Of a stretch of DNA of 64,000 bases, positions 7,702 to 17,613 are shown one piece after another. The stretch is from contig CBFGCD010000001.1 in assembly GCA_965647125.1 (NCBI GenBank), forward strand, positions 186,449 to 250,448, given 5' to 3'. The notes beneath the pieces were generated by a model. That model saw only the letters and a program-made list of their open reading frames with translations. It ran no database searches and had not been told where the DNA came from. Position 1 is the first letter of the stretch. Every line of letters begins with the position of its first letter. The position numbers and the translations under genes are program-made. Origin of the DNA: Candidatus Gastranaerophilaceae bacterium (GTDB lineage: Bacteria; Cyanobacteriota; Vampirovibrionia; Gastranaerophilales; Gastranaerophilaceae).

Positions 7702-10032
7702 TCAGTCGATATTAATCGGCTCAATGTTAATATATCTGATTGCATCGCGCGCTTTTTGTGCCAATTCGGGATTAATTCCCTCAATTATCATTAATTGCCT
7801 TAAAACATCAATTGCGCGTTTAAAGGTTCGTACAATGTCGCCTTGGGAAAATTCCGTATCTTCAAACATCGCTTCCCAGCTTGCAATAGGGTTATTTTCG
7901 GGATTCATATTTGCGCCAATCCAATATTCAATAAAATAACAAAAATGTGAATTTAAATTCATTTGATTTTCTATTTTGTTATCGCGCTCCAAAAGAAAGA
8001 TTTTTCTTTTTATGTCTTTAATCTGATTAAGCGTTTTTCTGACTTTTTTTGAACAAGGTTTTGAAATTGTTTCGTTGTTTTTTCTGATTTCTTCGCTTTC
8101 AAGTGCGCAAATTACGCTTGCAAGCTCGATTACAGATAAATCATCCAATAATCCCGATAGAATAATTTCACTTAAATAAAGCTCATTTTCGCACCTTAGA
8201 GCCATTGTGATTTTGCCTTTTTCGCTCGGGTAGTCGTCTTTTAAATTTCCTGTTAATTCGAGAATGTTTTTGTGAGCCAGGAACTTTTGCCAATAAATAT
8301 CTTTTTGAAATTCAATTTCTTTATCCAGAAATTTTATCTCTTTTTCAAATCTTTCCTTTAATTCAAGGCTTTTTTTATGTTTTTTGTAGATTTTACAAGT
8401 GTTGCATCCGTAAGATTCAATTCTTTTTTGTAAATCTTTTGATTTGTTATAAAATTCAATAACTTCAGGCGCTGTTGACGGGTTTTTGTATTTTCCTTTT
8501 GCTTGACGTTTGAGGGTTTTGTACAGGGTTCTTAATTGGACAAATTGATTTTTTAATTTGTTGTAATTGTTGAAATCTTCATCCCCCAGATTATATCTGC
8601 AAGAAAAATCGTTTGTTTTTTCAACATCTTCAAGGCGTTTATTTTTTTTATCTAAAAGAGGTGACAAACGGTCGGTTGATGAAAAATAGCCGAATGTTTT
8701 GAAGATTAATTCTTTAGCGGTTTCCATTGAAAATCTTTGCAAAAGATTCAAAACCATTGAATAACAAGGAGAAAACTTGCTTTCTAAAGGATTTGCATCT
8801 GATTTCACAAGAGCCGCAACTTCATCGGGCGTTTGAAAAGGAGTTCCCACAACGACAACATATCCAATTTCATCCATACCGCGGCGTCCTGCTCTGCCTG
8901 ACATTTGAAGAAATTCATTAGCGCTTAGGGTTCTGTGTCCTGAGTCTGTTCTTTTGGAAATTGAGCTTATTATTGTTGTTCTTGCCGGCATATTGATGCC
9001 TGCAGCAAGAGTTTCGGTTGCAAAAACGACTTTTATTAAGCCTTGTTGGAATAATTTTTCAACCAATGCTTTCCATCCGGGAAGCAATCCTGCATGGTGC
9101 GCGGCGATTCCGGAGCGGATTAAATCCAATTGCGGATTGTTCTCAAGATATTGGTTTTCTTTTAAATATTCGTCAATAATTTCATTTGCGCGTTTGTGCT
9201 CATCTTTATTTAAAAGCTCAAGTTTCAGGCATTTTTTTGCGTTTTCATCACATTTTTTTCTTGAAAAAGTGAAATAAATTGCAGGAAGCATGTTTTTTTC
9301 ATTTAAAGCCTCAACAATGTCTGTTGTGGGGTTTTTTATTTTATCTTTTTTGTTGAAATATTTATACTTGCTCTCGGGACGGATTTTTTTGTTTAAATCG
9401 CCCGATGGGGTTAAAAGCGGCAGGATTGTTTTGGGTTTTGAGGAATCATAGTAAAAAAACCTCAAAGGAACAGGGCGAAAATCTGTGTAAACGAGTTCTG
9501 TTTTGGAATGAACCGTATTAATCCAATCGGTTAATTGTCTTGAATTTTGTACTGTTGCGCTTAATGCGATGATTTGAATATTTGTCGGGCAATAAATAAT
9601 ACTTTCTTCCCAAACAGTTCCGCGTGATTCATCGTTCATGTAATGAACTTCATCTAAAACAACATATTTGACGTCTTTTAAATTGTCTTTAACAGAGCCG
9701 AATGTTGTCCCATAGAGCATATTTCTAAAAACTTCCGTTGTCATAACAACAATCTGTGCATCTCTGTTGATTGTTGTATCTCCTGTTAAAAGCCCTGTGT
9801 TTTCTTCGCCATATAATTTTGAAAAGTCGTTAAATTTTTGGTTTGACAAGGCTTTTAAGGGTGTCGTATAAAAAATCCGCTCACCTTTTTCAAGCGCAAG
9901 ATGAATCGCACTTTGCGCAATACAGGTTTTACCTGCGCCTGTCGGGGCACATACTACAACGCTTTTTCCGTTTTGGATGTGATTAATTGCTTCTTTTTGA
10001 AATTCGTCCAGTTCAAATTTAAATCCGTACAT
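7702..10032 (-). CDS. Ski2-like DExH RNA helicase (HelY type, C-terminal DSHCT-like domain)
   Basis: Motif I APTGAGKT, II DEVH, III SAT, HHAGLLP, TETLAAGINMPART, QMSGRAGRRG. C-terminal ...FSQGDIVRTFKRAIDVLRQL is typical of DSHCT. Confidence 0.85.
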   Translation of the reverse strand: MYGFKFELDEFQKEAINHIQNGKSVVVCAPTGAGKTCIAQSAIHLALEKGERIFYTTPLKALSNQKFNDFSKLYGEENTGLLTGDTTINRDAQIVVMTTEVFRNMLYGTTFGSVKDNLKDVKYVVLDEVHYMNDESRGTVWEESIIYCPTNIQIIALSATVQNSRQLTDWINTVHSKTELVYTDFRPVPLRFFYYDSSKPKTILPLLTPSGDLNKKIRPESKYKYFNKKDKIKNPTTDIVEALNEKNMLPAIYFTFSRKKCDENAKKCLKLELLNKDEHKRANEIIDEYLKENQYLENNPQLDLIRSGIAAHHAGLLPGWKALVEKLFQQGLIKVVFATETLAAGINMPARTTIISSISKRTDSGHRTLSANEFLQMSGRAGRRGMDEIGYVVVVGTPFQTPDEVAALVKSDANPLESKFSPCYSMVLNLLQRFSMETAKELIFKTFGYFSSTDRLSPLLDKKNKRLEDVEKTNDFSCRYNLGDEDFNNYNKLKNQFVQLRTLYKTLKRQAKGKYKNPSTAPEVIEFYNKSKDLQKRIESYGCNTCKIYKKHKKSLELKERFEKEIKFLDKEIEFQKDIYWQKFLAHKNILELTGNLKDDYPSEKGKITMALRCENELYLSEIILSGLLDDLSVIELASVICALESEEIRKNNETISKPCSKKVRKTLNQIKDIKRKIFLLERDNKIENQMNLNSHFCYFIEYWIGANMNPENNPIASWEAMFEDTEFSQGDIVRTFKRAIDVLRQLMIIEGINPELAQKARDAIRYINIEPINID

Positions 10033-10051
10033 TTTGTTCTCTTCTTATAAT

Positions 10052-10519
10052 TTATTTTACGCCTGTTGAACCAAAACCTCCGGCTGCTCTTTGTGTATCT
10101 GATAATTCATCTGCGACAACAATTTGCGGTTTTAAAACTTCCATGATTGCCATTTGGGCAATTCTATCGCCTTTTTGAATTGTAAAATCAACTTTTGAAT
10201 GATTGATTAAACCGACACAGATTTCGCCTCTGTAGTCTTCATCAATTGTTCCGATTCCGTTTACAACGGCAATTCCTTTTTTGATTGCCATGCCAGAACG
10301 CGAGCGGATTTGTGCTTCTGTGTTGTGCGGAAGCTCAATCGCAATCCCAGTGGGGATTATTCTGATTTCACCCGCGGGGATGATAATATCTTCATCAATT
10401 GCTGCAACTAAATCCATTGCAGAAGCGCCTTGTGTTTTATATTCAGGGATTGAAACAAAATTGTCCAGCTTTTTAATTTTAAGGGTTAGATTTTGTGTTT
10501 TTTCCATAATTCCTTGCAT
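10052..10519 (-). CDS. dut: dUTP diphosphatase
   Basis: GASAMDL, IPTGIAIELP, RSRSGMAIKKGI, GTIDEDYRGEI, GDRIAQM, RAAGGFGSTG. AAGGA SD 8 nt before ATG 10519. Confidence 0.9.
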   Translation of the reverse strand: MQGIMEKTQNLTLKIKKLDNFVSIPEYKTQGASAMDLVAAIDEDIIIPAGEIRIIPTGIAIELPHNTEAQIRSRSGMAIKKGIAVVNGIGTIDEDYRGEICVGLINHSKVDFTIQKGDRIAQMAIMEVLKPQIVVADELSDTQRAAGGFGSTGVK

Positions 10520-10523
10520 ATTT

Positions 10524-11291
10524 TTATTCCTTATTTAAATAATATAATTCTTTTAATCCGTATAGGGTTAAATCTTTATCAATATAATTTAATATTTTGT
10601 CCATGTTTTCAAATAAAATATTTGAATAGCCGCCTGTTGCAATGATTGTTGCGTTTGAATTTAATTCTTCTTCGCATTTTTTAATCATTCCCTCAATCAT
10701 ACATCTGTGCCCGAGAACAATTCCTGAAAGCATTGCAGAGATTGTATCTTTTCCTATGGCGTTTTTGGGACTTTCTATTTTTAATTTTGGAAGTTTTGAT
10801 GTGAATTGAGATAAAGATTTTGCTTGAATTTTTAATCCGGGTGCTATTATTCCGCCGATAAAATTTTTGTTTTCATCTACAATATCAAATGTTGTTGCTG
10901 TTCCAAAATCAATAACAATTGCAGGAAGTTTATATTTAACACTGACTGCTGCTGCGTTTGCAATTCTGTCGGCGCCGATTTCTTTGTTGTTGTCTAATGT
11001 TAATTTAACAGGCATTTTGGATTTATAAGATAATGTAAGAGCATTAATTTGAAGATATTTTGATAATGCTGTTTTAAAAGTTTCCTGCAGCTGCGGAACA
11101 ACAGAGGAAATTATTGCGCCTTTTATTTTTTTGATTAAATTGTTGTGATTTAAAATTGAAATAAGCGATATTCCGTATTCATCCGGGGTTTTTTTAATGT
11201 CTGATGATAAGAAAAATGTGCTTTTTAATTCATTATTTTCAAAAATCCCTAAGGACGTGTTTGTATTTCCGATGTCGATTACTAATAGCAT
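10524..11291 (-). CDS. coaX: type III pantothenate kinase
   Basis: MLLVIDIGNTNTSLGIF, GADRIANA, VIDFGTATTFD, GGIIAPG, IATGGYS. Confidence 0.9.
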   Translation of the reverse strand: MLLVIDIGNTNTSLGIFENNELKSTFFLSSDIKKTPDEYGISLISILNHNNLIKKIKGAIISSVVPQLQETFKTALSKYLQINALTLSYKSKMPVKLTLDNNKEIGADRIANAAAVSVKYKLPAIVIDFGTATTFDIVDENKNFIGGIIAPGLKIQAKSLSQFTSKLPKLKIESPKNAIGKDTISAMLSGIVLGHRCMIEGMIKKCEEELNSNATIIATGGYSNILFENMDKILNYIDKDLTLYGLKELYYLNKE

Positions 11292-11343
11292 GAGTATATT
11301 TTATAATAGATATAATTATTTTGAAAGCATGCTTTTTTGTGTT

Positions 11344-12078
11344 TTATTTTGATTCTAATAATGAATTATGTACATACCATTCAACATCATCACACAAAGG
11401 GTTTAGGGGGATGATGGAGTGGTATTTGTTTTTGAGTGCAAGTTGAATTAAAAAATCACAAAAATGTGGGTTTTGGGCTAAAATCGGACTCTGGATATTT
11501 GTTGCAAAAAGGTTTTTGTTCCTTGCGCCTTCTGTTTTGCTTTTTATATTTCCACAGCCTTTTTTAAGGTGAATAAAAGGTTGTGTTGTGTTTGCAATTT
11601 TGGTTAAAATTTTTCTGTTTTCAAATCCTGCTATTGTTTTGTTTTCCAAAAAATTACAGACTCCTGTGACTGTACCATAAATTAATTTTTTAGAATAAAC
11701 TGCGCAAGAATTAATAAGCCCAAGGGTTTCAATTTTGCTTTTATTTTGCGGCTGATAAAAATTTCCAAAAAGATAAAATCCGACTCCGACAGAAAGCATC
11801 GGGGTTTTTGAATTTAATGCTTTAAAAAGCTCTGTTTCGTTTTCTTTTAAAAAAGTAAGTGCATATTCAAGATATTCGACATTTGAACCGCCAATGTAGA
11901 AAAAGTCATATTTTTCGGCTTGGATTTTTGTATGTGCAGTAATGTAGTCTGTTGTGATATTAATATTTCGCACACAAGTACGGCGGCAAAAAGCCTCTAT
12001 ATTTGCTTCGTCGCAGAATCCTTGCAGAATATCGGGATATAAATATGCAATTTTTAATTCAAGATTATTTTCCTGCAT
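11344..12078 (-). CDS. GatD/CobQ-type glutamine amidotransferase-like protein lacking the catalytic Cys and His
   Basis: IAYLYPDILQ.., FFYIGGS, AGFEN blocks match the GatD (lipid II isoglutaminyl synthase glutaminase) family. The nucleophile block reads SVGVGFYLFG (family: xxCGGxQxLG) and GFENH reads GFENR. Overlaps the proS 3' end by 25 nt. Confidence 0.6.
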   Translation of the reverse strand: MQENNLELKIAYLYPDILQGFCDEANIEAFCRRTCVRNINITTDYITAHTKIQAEKYDFFYIGGSNVEYLEYALTFLKENETELFKALNSKTPMLSVGVGFYLFGNFYQPQNKSKIETLGLINSCAVYSKKLIYGTVTGVCNFLENKTIAGFENRKILTKIANTTQPFIHLKKGCGNIKSKTEGARNKNLFATNIQSPILAQNPHFCDFLIQLALKNKYHSIIPLNPLCDDVEWYVHNSLLESK

Positions 12079-13775
12079 TTTTCAACCGCTTCATCAGGCG
12101 TAATTTTAACGATTTGCCCATCTTTTCTTGTTTTAAATTCAACAAGTCCTTCGGATATTGTTTTTCCGACCGTAATTCTTAACGGAAAACCAATTAAGTC
12201 GGCATCTTTAAATTTTACGCCGGCTCTGTCTTTTCTATCATCAAGTACAACTTCAATGTTTAATTTTTGAAGTTTTTCATAAATTTCTTCTGCTGTTTTC
12301 ATTTGTTCAGGGTCTTCTGAATTAACAGGAATTACATCGACATGATAAGGTGCGATTTCAATCGGCCAGACGATTCCAAAATCGTCATGGTATTTTTCAA
12401 TCGCTGCTGCCATTGTTCTTGAAACACCAATTCCGTAGCACCCCATAACATAAGGTTTTAATTGTCCGCTTTCATCAGTATAGCAAGCATTCATCGGCTC
12501 GGAATATTTTGTTCCCAGCTGGAAAATATTTCCAACCTCAATTCCTTTTGTTTTTTTGAGAGGTTTATGACAATGCGGGCAGAATTCTCCCTCTTTGACA
12601 AGTGAAACATCAACAAAATCACCTGATAGCATAATTTCTTTTATGTTTTCTTCGAAATTAGCACCTGTAATGTGTTTATCTTTGATGTTTGCGCCTAAAA
12701 CGAAATTTTTCATATTTTTTGCAGAATTATCAAAAATAATTTTGACTTTTGAATTATCAACATTTCGATAGGAAATGAAACCCGGTGCACAATTGAGAAA
12801 TTTTTCAATTTCTTCATTTTCCATTGGTCTTATCTCAAGCGCATTTAGTGCGTTTAATAATTTTGTTTCTTCGATTTCTTTATCCCCTCTAATCATTACA
12901 ATAACAGGGTTTGAATCGGCAATATATGCAACGGCTTTTAAAATACAATTTGAATCAACTTTTAAAAACTCTGCAAGTTCTTCAATTGTTTTTATGTTTG
13001 GAGTATCGACTGTTTTTTCTTCTTTAAATCCGCCATCGGTTGAATCAATAGGCAAGATTGAAACTGCGTGATTTGAATTTGCACTATAGCTGCAAGTGCA
13101 ATAAAATACATCATTTTCGCCAACAGGAGTATCGACTAAAACCATATATTCATGTGAAACTGCGCCGCCGATTGCACCTGAGTCTGATTGGACAGATTTT
13201 GTTTCTAAACCGCAGCGTTTAAAAATATTTGTATATGTCTGCGCCATAATTTCATATTCGCGCTCTAAGTCTTTTTGAGAAGTGTGAAATGAGTATGCAT
13301 CTTTCATGATAAATTCACGTCCTCTTAAAAGCCCGAAGCGCGGACGAATTTCATCTCTGAATTTTGTTTGAATTTGATATAAATTTAAAGGAAGCTGTTT
13401 ATAAGAGGCTGCAATTCCGCTTACAACAGAAGTTATGACCTCTTCATGGGTCGGCGCTAAGCACATTTGATTTCCGTGGCGGTCTTCACATCTTAAAAGT
13501 TCTTTTCCATATTTTTGCCATCTGCCTGAACTTTGCCAGATTTCAGCAGGCTGTACAAAAGGCATTAATAGTTCCTGAGCGCCTGAAGCGTTCATTTCTT
13601 CACGGACGATGTTTGAAATTTTTGTTAAAACTCTTTGTGCTAAAGGTAAATAAGAATAAATTCCATTGGTTAGTTTTTTAATAAATCCTGCGCGAATAAG
13701 AAGCTTGTGCGAAATTGCCTCTGCATCATTTGGGAATTCTCTTAAAGTTTGAACAAAAAGTTTTGACATTTTCAT
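12054..13775 (-). CDS. proS: prolyl-tRNA synthetase (bacterial type with editing insertion)
   Basis: 573 aa. FVQTLRE, HKLLIRAGFI, class II motifs FRDEIRPRFGLLRGREFIMKDAYSF and GCYGIGVSR. C-terminal anticodon-binding domain. AAAGGAGAG SD. Confidence 0.92.
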   Translation of the reverse strand: MKMSKLFVQTLREFPNDAEAISHKLLIRAGFIKKLTNGIYSYLPLAQRVLTKISNIVREEMNASGAQELLMPFVQPAEIWQSSGRWQKYGKELLRCEDRHGNQMCLAPTHEEVITSVVSGIAASYKQLPLNLYQIQTKFRDEIRPRFGLLRGREFIMKDAYSFHTSQKDLEREYEIMAQTYTNIFKRCGLETKSVQSDSGAIGGAVSHEYMVLVDTPVGENDVFYCTCSYSANSNHAVSILPIDSTDGGFKEEKTVDTPNIKTIEELAEFLKVDSNCILKAVAYIADSNPVIVMIRGDKEIEETKLLNALNALEIRPMENEEIEKFLNCAPGFISYRNVDNSKVKIIFDNSAKNMKNFVLGANIKDKHITGANFEENIKEIMLSGDFVDVSLVKEGEFCPHCHKPLKKTKGIEVGNIFQLGTKYSEPMNACYTDESGQLKPYVMGCYGIGVSRTMAAAIEKYHDDFGIVWPIEIAPYHVDVIPVNSEDPEQMKTAEEIYEKLQKLNIEVVLDDRKDRAGVKFKDADLIGFPLRITVGKTISEGLVEFKTRKDGQIVKITPDEAVEKCRKIILN

Positions 13776-13831
13776 AATTGCAGTTACTCTCCTTTGAAAA
13801 TTTATTTTTATTTCAGATTATCATAAATATA

Positions 13832-13874
13832 AAAATAAAAAAATCAGCGCAAAATTTTTATTTTTTGTGCTGAT
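13832..13874 (-). terminator. rho-independent terminator after the 131-aa secreted-protein gene
   Basis: On the minus strand, ATCAGCACAAAA-loop-TTTTGCGCTGAT (12 bp, one G.U) followed by TTTTTTTATTTTT. Confidence 0.65.
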
Positions 13875-13904
13875 TTTTGTTTTAAAAATTTTATTTTATT
13901 GTGG

Positions 13905-14300
13905 TTACAGATTTTCAACCCCGTATTTTTTGCCTTTTATTTTTGTTGTTGATTTTTCGGGAGTTGCGTATTTTGTTGTTTCATCTGTCCATGTGTTTGA
14001 GAAGTTAATTTGATGTTCCCCAAACAATCCGTCATCTTGAAGCGGGTCGACATAATTTTTAAGATAATAATAGCTTCTTCCTAAGAAATTTTGGCGTTTT
14101 GGTCTTTGAAATTTTCTTTGATAATTGCTGTGAATCCCCTCGTTGAAAGCATGGGTTTTATCTGTAACTAAAATCATAGTGTTTGAATATCCTTGAGCTT
14201 TCATTGTTTCGGGATATAATGTTTCATTTTCGTAATAATAAGCAAAAGATGCACCGCCTAAAAACGCAAATATGCCGAATAAAACAAATAATTTTTTCAT
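13905..14300 (-). CDS. small secreted protein, unknown function
   Basis: MKKLFVLFGIFAFLGGASFA signal-like N-terminus. 131 aa, Tyr-rich. Confidence 0.55.
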   Translation of the reverse strand: MKKLFVLFGIFAFLGGASFAYYYENETLYPETMKAQGYSNTMILVTDKTHAFNEGIHSNYQRKFQRPKRQNFLGRSYYYLKNYVDPLQDDGLFGEHQINFSNTWTDETTKYATPEKSTTKIKGKKYGVENL

Positions 14301-14384
14301 AAGCCTCTATTCTTATAACTTTCTTTTAATACTTTCTATCTTATTTTACATTATATATCTTTTTGTATTTTTTTGCAAAAAAAT

Positions 14385-15446
14385 TTATATTTTTAAATCC
14401 AAACGTATGATTTTTTCCAATTCATCCAATAATTTGTCCTGAGGAACTTTTTTTATCATTTCTCCTTTTTTAAAAATATACCCCTCATCTATCGCGCCTG
14501 CAATTCCATAATCTGCACCTGCTGCTTCTTTTGGCCCGTTAACCGCACAGCCCATTGTTGCAATTGTAATCGGCACATCAAGATTAGAGAATTTTTCTTC
14601 AACTTTTTTGGCAAGACTGATTAAATCAATTCTTGTTCTTCCGCAAGTCGGACAAGAGATAAAATTTACACTTTGTTTTTTGCAATAGGTTTTAAGATTA
14701 AGAGTTTTTAATATTTCGATTGCAAGCTTTACTTCTTCAATCGGGTCTTCTGTTAAAGAAACTCTTATCGTATCGCCGATTCCTTGAGAGAGTAAAGAAC
14801 CAATCGCAATTGAGGATTTGACAATTCCGCCTCTTAGAGTTCCTGATTCTGTTAAACCTATGTGCAGCGGATAAGGCGTTAAATCATGCATTTTTTTGTA
14901 TGCTTTTATTGTTGTTGAAACATCGGAAGATTTTAGAGAGATTTTAATTAAATGAAAGTCTAAATCTTCTAAGATTTTAACATGCCTTTGAGCAGAAATT
15001 ATCATTTTTTCTTCAAGCGGCAGGGTTTTATTTTCATATAAATCTTTTTCTAATGACCCCGCATTAATCCCGATTCTGATTGGAGTATTTGTCTGTTTTG
15101 CAAGTTTGACAACTTTTTTTGTATGTTCAATGCTTCCTATGTTTCCGGGGTTTAAACGCAGAGCATGGATTCCTTTTTCAATTGCAGTTAATGCTAAACG
15201 ATAATCAAAATGGATATCTGCAACAACGGGAATTGGCGAGTTTTTAGTGATTTCATCCAAAACATCCGCGCATTTTTTATTTAAAACTGCAACGCGGATG
15301 ATATCACATCCTGCTTTAGCAAGCTTTTCAATTTGGTTTAGCGTTGCATATGTATCATCTGTTTTTGTGTTTGTCATGGATTGAATGCTTATTGGTGCAC
15401 CGTTTCCAATTTCAACATTGCCGATTTTCAGTTTAATTTTGTCCAT
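14385..15446 (-). CDS. ispG: 4-hydroxy-3-methylbut-2-en-1-yl diphosphate synthase
   Basis: IGNGAPISIQSMTNT, ADIHFDYRLAL, LRLNPGNIG, IRIGINAGSLE, SCPTCGR, MGCAVNGPKEA. Confidence 0.92.
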   Translation of the reverse strand: MDKIKLKIGNVEIGNGAPISIQSMTNTKTDDTYATLNQIEKLAKAGCDIIRVAVLNKKCADVLDEITKNSPIPVVADIHFDYRLALTAIEKGIHALRLNPGNIGSIEHTKKVVKLAKQTNTPIRIGINAGSLEKDLYENKTLPLEEKMIISAQRHVKILEDLDFHLIKISLKSSDVSTTIKAYKKMHDLTPYPLHIGLTESGTLRGGIVKSSIAIGSLLSQGIGDTIRVSLTEDPIEEVKLAIEILKTLNLKTYCKKQSVNFISCPTCGRTRIDLISLAKKVEEKFSNLDVPITIATMGCAVNGPKEAAGADYGIAGAIDEGYIFKKGEMIKKVPQDKLLDELEKIIRLDLKI

Positions 15447-15488
15447 GGTAGTATATTAACATAAAATTACAGTTATTAACGGCGGAGA

Positions 15489-17579
15489 ATGAAAAATAAT
15501 AAAATTATAAAATCTTGCTTTTGGATATTGCTTATTTATTCTGTTTTTACAATATTAATAATTTTTTTTAAATATCCTTATTTTTACCAAATCAAAAATG
15601 TTTTTTATTCTTTAAATAATATTGATGTTAATTTGACTCTTGATAAAAAAATAAGTGAAAAACCGCTTGTGTGTTTTGATGATTATTGTTCTGATTTGGC
15701 AAGTTATAATAATACGACGGTTTATAATGTTGAATTTTCTGGCTATGAAAACGGTTTGGATTTTTATTTAAAACCTGTTAAAAAATATTTTGTTGCTTAT
15801 CCTTATGATAAAAAAGATGAATTTTTAAATGCTTTTTCGGATTTATATTTATATAGCGGAGATAAAAAATATTACTTTGCAAAAAATGATTTATTAAAAT
15901 TCAAAACTTCAATTGCGCAAATAAAATTTGATTATTCTCAAGACTCTCATTCGACAAAATATTACCGTATCGAGCTTGAGGGAGTTGAATCTAATTATAA
16001 CGGAGTTTTTAATCATTTTATAATATTTGTTTTAAGTTTATTTTTCAATTGTAAATATTTTATCTTTCCCTATCTTGGGCTGTTGGGGTGTTTTTTGATT
16101 TATTCCTTTTATAGAAAAGATAAAAATAACTGTAAAAAAGAAAATTGTAATTCAAGCCGTCATTATTTTTTGTTTTCTTTAATTTTATTTTTGGGTGTTG
16201 TTTTGAGATTTTATAATATTGAAAATCTGCCCTTGTATCCTGATGAAATTTACACAAAAACGGTTGCAATAAGTAGTTTTCAAAATTGTTTTAAAGATCC
16301 CGGGAATCCTCCTTTGTTTTATTTGATTGAGTTTTTATTTTGTAAACTTTTTAATGATTCTAATTTTTCTTTAAGGTTTTTATCTTTTTTATCCGGTGTT
16401 GGATTTGTTTTGGCGGTTTATTTGTTTTTTAAAAGAATTAATAAAAATCTTGCATTGTTAATGATGTTTTTTGCTTCTTTTAATACAATTAATATAATTT
16501 ATTCTCAAAGTGCAAGATGCTATTCTTTGTGCATGGTAATGTGTGTTTTGATAAGTTATTTTTTCTTGAAATATTTAAAAAATTTAAATAAAAAAGATTT
16601 GATTATTTTTTCATTTTTATCAGTTATTGCAATAAATCTTCATTATTTTTGCGTTGTTTATGTTTTTTCTAATTTTGTTTACGGGATTTTTGTTATTTTT
16701 AAAAATAAAAATCACAAAGAATTGCTTAAATTTGTTTTTGTTAATTTGATTTGCTTTTTGTCTTTTGTTCCTTATTTATTAATTTCTTTTAAAAATTCAA
16801 TAAATCAAGATTTTAATTCCTGGATAGAGCCTTTGAGTTTGATTAAGTTAAAAAGTATTATATCTTCTTATTTTATTAATGAAAAAATATTTTTAATTTT
16901 TCTTTTTATTGTTTTTGTTAATTTGATTTTGATATTTATTAATAAATTTAAAATTAATAAGATAAAAAAAGAAGTTTTCCTTTATTTAATTTTTTCAATT
17001 GTTTTTTCGCTTTTTATTATTTTAATTATTTCGATTTTTGTAAAACCTGTTTTGGATAAAAGAATTTTGTTGAGTCTTTACGGTTTGTTTATTTTGCTTC
17101 AGGGTGTTATGATTTCAGGAGTTTTTGAGTGTAATTTATTAAACAATAAAAATTATTTTTTCAAAAATCTTTATTCAATCTTGCTTTTGTTTTTGTTTTT
17201 TTCAATAACACAGGCAGGCGAGTTTAAAATTACTCATAATCTTAACGGTTATTTTTTCTTTATTCAAAATGATATTAAAAATAATGACTATAATAAAAAT
17301 ATTTATGAAATCCATGGGATTGTTATTCAAGATATAAATTTTTTAAAGAATTTTCCCGAAATTGAAAAATTAAGTGATATAAACTGGCATGTTATAGATA
17401 CGCTTACAAAAGATAAAATAGAAAAAATTTCAAAAAAAGATTTAACAAAATCAAACAAAAAAGTAATTTTATATTTAAGCAATTACGGAACAAGTCTTGA
17501 TTCAAATTATTTTATTGAAAAGCAAATAAAAATTTATAAAACAGGAGCAAATAAAAGCGCAAAAGTTGTGTTAGAATAA
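15489..17579 (+). CDS. GT-C fold membrane glycosyltransferase (family 39/83, ArnT/PMT-like) with extra N-terminal module
   Basis: 696 aa, more than 10 TM. First-loop acidic motif LPLYPDEIYT followed by DPGNPPLFYLIEF. Paralogue of the next gene. Confidence 0.65.
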   Translation: MKNNKIIKSCFWILLIYSVFTILIIFFKYPYFYQIKNVFYSLNNIDVNLTLDKKISEKPLVCFDDYCSDLASYNNTTVYNVEFSGYENGLDFYLKPVKKYFVAYPYDKKDEFLNAFSDLYLYSGDKKYYFAKNDLLKFKTSIAQIKFDYSQDSHSTKYYRIELEGVESNYNGVFNHFIIFVLSLFFNCKYFIFPYLGLLGCFLIYSFYRKDKNNCKKENCNSSRHYFLFSLILFLGVVLRFYNIENLPLYPDEIYTKTVAISSFQNCFKDPGNPPLFYLIEFLFCKLFNDSNFSLRFLSFLSGVGFVLAVYLFFKRINKNLALLMMFFASFNTINIIYSQSARCYSLCMVMCVLISYFFLKYLKNLNKKDLIIFSFLSVIAINLHYFCVVYVFSNFVYGIFVIFKNKNHKELLKFVFVNLICFLSFVPYLLISFKNSINQDFNSWIEPLSLIKLKSIISSYFINEKIFLIFLFIVFVNLILIFINKFKINKIKKEVFLYLIFSIVFSLFIILIISIFVKPVLDKRILLSLYGLFILLQGVMISGVFECNLLNNKNYFFKNLYSILLLFLFFSITQAGEFKITHNLNGYFFFIQNDIKNNDYNKNIYEIHGIVIQDINFLKNFPEIEKLSDINWHVIDTLTKDKIEKISKKDLTKSNKKVILYLSNYGTSLDSNYFIEKQIKIYKTGANKSAKVVLE

Positions 17580-17613
17580 TTTTATTAATAAAATAAAATT
17601 AGGGGAGAAAATA

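Noticed and set aside
8954-9277. 107-aa antisense ORF inside the helicase gene. Similar shadow ORFs occur at 2120-2407, 2774-3040, 12775-13071, 20748-21110, 23935-24255, 25093-25458 and 53828-54073.
   Set aside because: All are nested opposite strongly supported genes and have biased composition and no SD.
13776-13904. Possible T-box or leader structure upstream of proS
   Set aside because: The only strong hairpin is followed by a T-run on the minus strand directly after the upstream gene, so it is that gene's terminator. No specifier-loop or T-box sequence was recognised.
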